DNA of 14,967 nucleotides from a virus: UHGV virus genome UHGV-1809322; one strand, 5' to 3'. Shown piece by piece: positions 1 to 5,380 of this stretch (position 1 is its first letter; each line of letters starts with the position of its first letter). The notes under the pieces were generated by a model. It saw only the letters and a program-made list of their open reading frames with translations, ran no database searches and was not told where the DNA came from. The position numbers and the translations under genes were made by a program.

Positions 1-15
1 ACGCTCTTCCGATCT
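1..15. other. Sequencing adapter remnant (Illumina TruSeq-type adapter 3' tail ACGCTCTTCCGATCT); technical artefact at contig end
   Basis: Bases 1-15 exactly match the 3' end of the Illumina universal adapter (…ACGACGCTCTTCCGATCT). Seen directly; the adapter identity is established knowledge. Confidence 0.8.
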
Positions 16-2316
16 ATCGACAATAAGCGACACAACAACGGCCAACACCCCATCATCATCGTCTGGGAAAACGTCCCTGGGGTGCTCTCCGATGCCCGTA
101 ATGCGTTCGGACAGTTCCTTGCCGGCCTGGCTGGTGAAGATACTGAATTCGAACCTGGCCCGCGACCTGAACGAGGCAAGTCCAATCAATACTGGCGCTG
201 GTGCAAAAAAACCGTGCGCCACGTTGCAACATGGCCGCAGCGTGGTTGTGTTTATGGACCACAGCGCAAACTGGCCTGGCGAATCCTTGATGCCCAATAC
301 TATGGACTGGCCCAACGACGCAAACGTGTGTTTGTTGTCGCAAGCGCTCGAACAGACCTCGATCCCGCCGCGATACTTTTTGAGTTCGACGGCCTGCGCC
401 GGGATTCTGCGCCGGGCAGAGAACAGGGGGCGCAAATTACCACCACTTCTGATGCAGGCGCTTACGGCAGTCATTGGGATGACGTAAGATTACCCCATCC
501 TACTTTAAATCAGAGCCACAACACTGGGGGAATTGGTTCCAGCAATCAAGAGGTATTCAGTCAGCGCGGATCTGGGTTAGTGAGTTCCATTTCAAAACCA
601 GATAGCATGAACGGCAGACCAGATGGAGCTTCCGCTGGTCATTGTAGTCCGATAATGTTTGGAGGTGGTCGAACTTCAGGCCCGGTCGATGTTGCCGCAT
701 GTCTGACAGCAAAGGGACAGCGTATTGATTTCGAAGTCGAGACATTTGCTGTTCACGGTACCCAGGATCCAGATGTAAAAGTGGATTTGGCGCACACTCT
801 CGGATGCAATCATGGGCAGGAAAATGCCTGTATTGCGTTTAGTTATAAAGATCATGGTCAGGATGTCAGCAATAACATTTCCCCTACCCTACGCGCTGGT
901 AATAGTGACACAGCAAACGCAAATAGCGGACAACCACCAGCAATAGCATATTGTCTACAACACTCCCAAATTGGACGTGCTGATAATGCTGGCCCGCAAG
1001 GTAAAGGCTGGCAGGAAAATGTTGGATTCACCCTTGATTCCAGAACATCAGCCGACGCAGTTGCCTGCATTCATTCTGTCTCTCTTCGTGGACGCGAAGG
1101 TGGCGGCACAGCAGAATTAGGTGGTGATGTGGCAACATGTTTGAGAGCAAGTGCGGGTGGCAGTGACAAACCCCATGTGCTCAACAACATGTCTGTACGA
1201 CGTCTTACGCCCCGCGAGTGCGAGCGATTGCAGGGCTTCCCTGATGATTACACCTTGGTCCCTTTTGGTCGTGTGGTTCGTCCTGAGAAAATGGACCGGG
1301 ATTTTGCAAAATACCTGATGCGGGGCGGTCATATGACGTTTGAGGACTGTTGCCGCGCAGCTGCAGACGGCCACCGGTATAAAGCCATCGGGAACAGCAT
1401 GGCGGTCCCTGTCATGCGTTGGATCGGGTCGCGCATTCAGCAGGCTGTTAATGCCCTGACAATGACTGATACGGTTTTTCATACCCGCACACCAAAAACA
1501 GACGAGGAGTTATCACGCCCGTTTTTGAAGTGGGCTGGTGGTAAATACAGCGTCTTTCGCACCATCGAGAGTTTTTTCCCTGCCAGCGGTCGCCTGATTG
1601 AACCATTTGCTGGTGCCGGTTCGGTGTTTCTCAACGCCGGCTTTGCATCGAATGTCATTGCTGATGCCAATGGTGACCTGATTAACACGTATCAGATGCT
1701 GAAACTTCATGCCCATGATCTTATTACGCTTACGCATCGCTTCTTCAGCGACTACAGCAATGAGGAGGCGTATAACAACGTGAAAGAGAAGTTCAACAGG
1801 ATGCATTACACCAGCATTGAGCGAGCAGCGGCCTTCATTTACCTCAACAAACACTGTTTCAATGGGCTGGTACGGTATAACAAAAAAGGCGAGTTCAACG
1901 TCTCGTGGGGTAAACCAACAAAAGCGCATTTCCCGCTTCGGGAGATGGAAAACTTTCTGTCTGTTGCTCAACGATGTGAATTCAAACACGCTCATTATCC
2001 GGAGACTATCCGGTTGGCCGGTCCCGGTGATGTTGTGTTTTGCGATCCGCCGTATGAACCACTCCCCGACAAGATAGGGTTCACAAAGTACGGTCCCGAC
2101 TCATTTCGTTTTGATGACCAGGAATTGCTGGTGAAATGCCTTCATGCTGCACATCAGCGTGGCGCCAGGGTAATCATTACGAACAGCGGAGCACCGAACA
2201 TTGAAGAGCTTTATCGTAGAACTGGGTTCACGCTACACGCGCTGAATAACCGACGTAATATTTCATGCAAAGGGGAGACGCGTGAGCGCGTGAATGATGT
2301 GATTGCTGTGCTTTGA
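16..2316 (+). CDS. DNA methyltransferase, 5'-truncated by window edge: C5-cytosine MTase core fused to a C-terminal Dam-like N6-adenine MTase domain
   Basis: Reading frame is open from the window start, so the track start at 82 (GTG) is not the real start. C5-MTase motifs: ENV (nt 67-75), QRRKRVFVV (nt 313-339), RRLTPRECERLQGFPDDY (nt ~1198-1251), GNSMAVPV (nt ~1390-1413). A ~285-aa variable region lies between motifs VIII and IX. Dam-like motifs follow: FLKWAGGKYS and EPFAGAGSVF (nt ~1522-1630) and DPPY (nt 2044-2055). Stop TGA at 2314-2316. Confidence 0.85.
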   Translation: MDNKRHNNGQHPIIIVWENVPGVLSDARNAFGQFLAGLAGEDTEFEPGPRPERGKSNQYWRWCKKTVRHVATWPQRGCVYGPQRKLAWRILDAQYYGLAQRRKRVFVVASARTDLDPAAILFEFDGLRRDSAPGREQGAQITTTSDAGAYGSHWDDVRLPHPTLNQSHNTGGIGSSNQEVFSQRGSGLVSSISKPDSMNGRPDGASAGHCSPIMFGGGRTSGPVDVAACLTAKGQRIDFEVETFAVHGTQDPDVKVDLAHTLGCNHGQENACIAFSYKDHGQDVSNNISPTLRAGNSDTANANSGQPPAIAYCLQHSQIGRADNAGPQGKGWQENVGFTLDSRTSADAVACIHSVSLRGREGGGTAELGGDVATCLRASAGGSDKPHVLNNMSVRRLTPRECERLQGFPDDYTLVPFGRVVRPEKMDRDFAKYLMRGGHMTFEDCCRAAADGHRYKAIGNSMAVPVMRWIGSRIQQAVNALTMTDTVFHTRTPKTDEELSRPFLKWAGGKYSVFRTIESFFPASGRLIEPFAGAGSVFLNAGFASNVIADANGDLINTYQMLKLHAHDLITLTHRFFSDYSNEEAYNNVKEKFNRMHYTSIERAAAFIYLNKHCFNGLVRYNKKGEFNVSWGKPTKAHFPLREMENFLSVAQRCEFKHAHYPETIRLAGPGDVVFCDPPYEPLPDKIGFTKYGPDSFRFDDQELLVKCLHAAHQRGARVIITNSGAPNIEELYRRTGFTLHALNNRRNISCKGETRERVNDVIAVL

Positions 2317-2322
2317 TGGGGT

Positions 2323-2357
2323 GGGAGGTGGTCACAAGGACCACCTCCCGTTTTTTT
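2323..2357 (+). terminator. Rho-independent terminator downstream of the methyltransferase gene
   Basis: Perfect 11-bp GC-rich stem GGGAGGTGGTC / GACCACCTCCC (2323-2333 / 2339-2349), 5-nt loop, then a T7 run (2351-2357), 7 bp after the stop codon. Confidence 0.75.
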
Positions 2358-2517
2358 ACTGCTTGGTATGCGGAATCACACCCTGAACTTGAAACTCGAT
2401 ATTTTGAGCTTCGAATTTGTAAACCTTAATGCTATCAGCCTTAAGGTTTACGCCTCCAAAAACAAGCAGGGCGAGAAAAGCAATAGCGAAAATCAACTGG
2501 TTTGAAACAGTTTTCAT
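2356..2517 (-). CDS. Small hydrophobic peptide (53 aa, MKTVSNQLIFAIAFLALLVFGGVNLKADSIKVYKFEAQNIEFQVQGVIPHTKQ); predicted signal peptide or single TM helix; function unknown
   Basis: Not in the supplied ORF track (too short). ATG at 2517-2515 is preceded by a strong SD (AAGGAGG, ~8 nt spacing). N-terminal hydrophobic stretch. TAA at 2358-2356 abuts the 2323-2357 hairpin. Confidence 0.4.
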   Translation of the reverse strand: MKTVSNQLIFAIAFLALLVFGGVNLKADSIKVYKFEAQNIEFQVQGVIPHTKQ

Positions 2518-2595
2518 TTGTTATGCCTCCTTGCGGAGCCGCACCCTTTTTCCCTATGCTAATCCGGGCGTTCACAACGGGTGCAATCAAAAGAT

Positions 2596-2617
2596 GTGAA
2601 CTTGGATTGCTGGGGTC
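2596..2617 (+). repeat. 22-bp direct repeat copy 1 (GTGAACTTGGATTGCTGGGGTC)
   Basis: Exact 22/22 identity with the copy at 2903-2924, in non-coding DNA. Confidence 0.9.
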
Positions 2618-2902
2618 GGCGGGTTATAAGGCTTTCATACCCGGCGGGGGCTAACCCGCTGAAAGACCTAAGGCAGAGAGCTATCTCGCCAATTTAGTGA
2701 CTCTCATAACAAGAGTGACTAAGGGGCGAGAATGCTTTCGACCAACCTTACGACCGGCACTCGGTTCACGGGCACCATTCTGCATTAAGCTCTCGGAATT
2801 TCAACATTTATTTTGATGCCTTTCTGCTTCCCCGACGCTCTTTTATATAATTTTTGTTATAAGAACACTTGATCTCAGCGTCAGGTCTTGTAGACTGGAA
2901 GC

Positions 2903-2924
2903 GTGAACTTGGATTGCTGGGGTC
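2903..2924 (+). repeat. 22-bp direct repeat copy 2 (GTGAACTTGGATTGCTGGGGTC)
   Basis: Exact 22/22 identity with the copy at 2596-2617; the two copies are 307 bp apart (start to start) and bracket an AT-rich segment containing a TATAAT hexamer (2846-2851). Confidence 0.9.
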
Positions 2925-3048
2925 TTAATAAGCGAAGGCTTGTTGAGGTTTACAGAGTTTTGCCAAACACTACGCTAGCTACGTAATGTTTTTGAAGGCC
3001 GCTAACCTTCTGCGCAAAACACATCCCTTCCTGTGGATGCTGCAGGAC

Positions 3049-3078
3049 AAAAAAAACCACCTTTGAGGTGGTTTTTTT
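3049..3078. terminator. Bidirectional rho-independent terminator (A8-CCACC-TTTGA-GGTGG-T7)
   Basis: 5-bp GC stem CCACC/GGTGG (3057-3061 / 3067-3071) extended by A/T pairs, flanked by an A-run upstream and a T-run downstream, so it gives a hairpin plus U-tract on either strand. It lies 5 bp downstream of the stop of the minus-strand gene 3084-3887. Confidence 0.7.
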
Positions 3079-3083
3079 GTTGT

Positions 3084-3887
3084 CTAATTTTGTGATGTTC
3101 GCATCATTGTCTGGATGAGTTTAGCGAACCTTCCTTCATAGAAATGCGGCTGAGTCTGGCGCGGATTGCCTGGTGATGTCAGGTTTTTGCCGTATTCCAG
3201 CCCTTTTTCAGTCAGGCACCAGTAGTGTTTTTCTCCCCTGGTACTGGTTCGCGTTTTCTGCTCAACGATCCCCTGTTCTGCCAGCCTGGCGTAAGCCTTC
3301 TGTGAGGAGAGTTTTACACCGTGCTCTGTGAGTAACTGGCGCAGGCTGGCCGTTGGTTCACTGCTTCCGCCGATTGCGTCCGGGGGTGCGTCTACTGCGT
3401 ATGCGGGTAGTAGGTCCGGGAGTCCTGCGGCACGTTGCAGCTGGCGAAGGCCCGCTAATACGCTGCTATCAGATATGTGGAGTAATTTCCTGCTACCGTC
3501 GAGCAACGCTATCCCCATTCGGATCTGCTCTTCACCTGGTAAAGCTGGGGTGCTGGTGGGTGTTGCCGGTGTACTGGATAACTGCATAGACTCCAGCTTG
3601 TCCACCAGCGAACGACGGACCGCTTTGGACTCGCGGGCGGCAACTCGGAGGGCTTGTTTGTATGACATGGCGATCACTGTCTGATCTGAGCCACCACGGG
3701 CCTTATCCATAGGGGTTACGAAAATTTCGTAACCCTCTCCCTCCAATTCATCCTTAACCCGATTAATGAAATCATTATTACGGATCGCCTTCTCACCACT
3801 TTCCTTGCGCGCCAGGTTAACCATTTTCAGGAGATCCTGGGTGTTGATAAAGGCCGAACTGGCGTTTGTGGTTGTAAGATTCATCAT
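3084..3887 (-). CDS. KilA/antirepressor-family protein (267 aa); C-terminal region resembles the KilAC/ANT domain
   Basis: SD AGGGGAGG upstream of tandem ATG-ATG; start overlaps the upstream gene's stop in an ATGA arrangement. The C-terminal segment (…SLRQLLTEHGVKLSSQKAYARLAEQGIVEQK…KHYWCLTEKGLEYGKN…) matches my recollection of phage antirepressor C-terminal domains. Followed by the terminator at 3049-3078. Confidence 0.55.
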   Translation of the reverse strand: MMNLTTTNASSAFINTQDLLKMVNLARKESGEKAIRNNDFINRVKDELEGEGYEIFVTPMDKARGGSDQTVIAMSYKQALRVAARESKAVRRSLVDKLESMQLSSTPATPTSTPALPGEEQIRMGIALLDGSRKLLHISDSSVLAGLRQLQRAAGLPDLLPAYAVDAPPDAIGGSSEPTASLRQLLTEHGVKLSSQKAYARLAEQGIVEQKTRTSTRGEKHYWCLTEKGLEYGKNLTSPGNPRQTQPHFYEGRFAKLIQTMMRTSQN

Positions 3888-4372
3888 GCAGCCTCCCCTT
3901 CAAACACCGGCATCATTAACGCGCCACCAGCAATATCTGCGCCAGCATCCAGCAACTGGCGAACATCAGCCAGATAGGTATTGGTTCCGAGCGGTTCTAA
4001 CACTGCCCGGGCACATGTTATTAGCGTGCGGAGTTGAGAGAATTTAGCGTACAGGACCGGGAGGGCATCTTCTGGCGTGATATCAAGATCGTCATCAAAC
4101 AGGTAAGCGTGGCGAAAATCAGCAACGTCCGGTGCTATATCCCACGCGTGCCAGATAGCGCGTTTGATGGCATCCAGCTGGAGTTGACCATCCGATAACG
4201 TGGAAAGATTTCCTGTTGGGTTGAGTGCCAGCATTCTGGATGCCAGCGCTTCCGCACAAGTAGGATCGGTGACGCTGATAAACATCGATGAGCGAAGCGC
4301 ATTAAGTGCGAGAACAGATAATGTGTCGGATGACAGGTAAGACTGGGTAGGGGTCGTTGCCATGACAGGCAT
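3884..4372 (-). CDS. Hypothetical protein (159-162 aa), first gene of a two-gene operon with the KilA-like gene
   Basis: Track ORF starts at 4372, but the SD (GAAGAGG) abuts that ATG. The in-frame ATG at 4363-4361 has better spacing (~9 nt), so the start is probably 4363 (MATTPTQ…). Stop overlaps the downstream start (ATGA). No recognisable motif. Confidence 0.6.
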   Translation of the reverse strand: MPVMATTPTQSYLSSDTLSVLALNALRSSMFISVTDPTCAEALASRMLALNPTGNLSTLSDGQLQLDAIKRAIWHAWDIAPDVADFRHAYLFDDDLDITPEDALPVLYAKFSQLRTLITCARAVLEPLGTNTYLADVRQLLDAGADIAGGALMMPVFEGEAA

Positions 4373-4394
4373 CCTCTTCTGTGAGTATGATTAA

Positions 4395-4582
4395 CTCACC
4401 ACCAGAGGTTGCAATCTCGTGGTGGTGAGACGTACAGGGTTGCAACAACCGGTCACAGAAGCACCCGGCCCGTCTTTCAACGGCCCTGCACGCCCCACCA
4501 TAAACTGGATGTAGCAGTGCATCACACACAAAAAAACCGCTTGAGCGCGGTCGTGCGCTTCTGTGAAAACGGGGTTGCAATC
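4395..4582 (-). promoter_or_regulatory. Structured leader upstream of the minus-strand operon: three copies of GGTTGCAAYC (4407-4414, 4438-4445, 4573-4580), the first in the loop of a ~12-bp hairpin (4395-4429)
   Basis: Hairpin CTCACCACCAGAG … CTCGTGGTGGTGAG with GTTGCAAT in the loop. Copy 2 is itself a mini-palindrome (GGTTG CAA CAACC). The core TTGCAA is self-complementary. All copies lie in the ~270-bp non-coding region 5' of the operon start. Confidence 0.35.
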
Positions 4583-4757
4583 CCGATACTGGATTTTGCC
4601 AGTACGCTATTACGCTACCCCACCTAAAACCCTGCCGTCAACAGGATTTTTTTCACAGGCGACACCGCGTAATACTATACTAACGATTTCATTTAATGAC
4701 CACAAAAGACTCATAAGATAATCATACAATGACCATTTGATGCGTATGGAATGGTTA

Positions 4758-5351
4758 TTATAAGTTAATTGGGCTTCGATAGAAAAATACTGCACGTTTG
4801 GCATTTTCCTTGCCGAATGCTTTGCTTAATGGTGAACCAACATATGATGCTTCTGGTTGATTGAGCCTGAAGTTAGCCGAGTTGGCAGATAACATCCCCC
4901 AGGTAGAGCTTTCTGTCGGTTGTCCGGGAATGACAAGGGATACATGCCCTGTTCCCCCCTCCTCTTTCATTACTGCAATAACAGGCCACCCATCATTCGC
5001 AAGACTCTGCGCACACAAGTTGTTGTCTTCATCCAGCACAATCCCGAGTTTTTTCCAGTTTGAGTTCCCAGAATTAACCTTATCCCAAATCTGGTTTGCG
5101 GTCAGAAATGGTCCGTCCCCTTTCCCAAAGTCATCCACTCCCCACATGATATAAAGCCCTTGGGAGACAAAAAAATTGCATGGGCTTTGATCATTGGCAG
5201 GAAGACTTTCTTTGCACTTCATCAGAACGGGTAGTAATTGCGTAGACAGCTTTTCTGCCTTTTCTGTTGGAGTGTTGATGGGGGCCACAGGACATCCCCC
5301 ATACACGCCCCCAGATATCGAAAGAAGCAACACACAGCTTATATGTTTCAT
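4758..5351 (-). CDS. Secreted protein (197 aa) with N-terminal signal peptide and a papain-like Cys/His signature (possible NlpC/P60- or CHAP-type hydrolase)
   Basis: SD AGGAAGG ~7 nt upstream of the ATG. Hydrophobic N-terminus (MKHISCVLLLSISGGVYGG). Candidate catalytic Cys in SPCNFFV and His in a hydrophobic strand-turn-GHV context (PVIAVMKEEGGTGHVSLVIPG). Lies 29 bp downstream of the 509-aa gene on the same strand. Confidence 0.6.
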   Translation of the reverse strand: MKHISCVLLLSISGGVYGGCPVAPINTPTEKAEKLSTQLLPVLMKCKESLPANDQSPCNFFVSQGLYIMWGVDDFGKGDGPFLTANQIWDKVNSGNSNWKKLGIVLDEDNNLCAQSLANDGWPVIAVMKEEGGTGHVSLVIPGQPTESSTWGMLSANSANFRLNQPEASYVGSPLSKAFGKENAKRAVFFYRSPINL

Positions 5352-5380
5352 AGATGCCTTCCTGTACGTCGCTCAATGAA

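Noticed and set aside
1513-1995. 160-aa minus-strand ORF, plus other track ORFs (92-487, 557-745, 858-1070, 1117-1482, 1479-1688, 1817-2077) inside the methyltransferase gene
   Set aside because: All lie within or antisense to a long ORF with multiple unmistakable MTase motifs; no SD signals were noted, and they are best explained as shadow ORFs.
2732-2788. Tiny 18-aa Thr-rich ORF (MLSTNLTTGTRFTGTILH) with an AAGGGG SD in the non-coding island
   Set aside because: Too short to support from sequence alone; it could be a leader peptide or chance ORF. Noted only as a pointer if transcript data show a plus-strand RNA here.
2596-2924. The 22-bp direct repeats as target-site duplications or ends of a small mobile element (MITE-like)
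   Set aside because: 22 bp is long for a TSD, no terminal inverted repeats flank the internal segment and no transposase is nearby; regulatory or RNA function seems more likely.
3328-3684. Plus-strand ORFs (118 aa, 78 aa, 93 aa at 3766-4047) overlapping the KilA-like operon
   Set aside because: Antisense to two well-supported, SD-preceded, translationally coupled genes; Ala/Arg-rich low-complexity translations typical of GC-rich shadow frames.
4302-4804. Short ORFs in the leader region (4302-4580 minus, 4409-4627 plus, 4610-4804 minus)
   Set aside because: They overlap the structured non-coding leader and repeat motifs; no convincing SD was noted, and the region is better explained as regulatory RNA or DNA.
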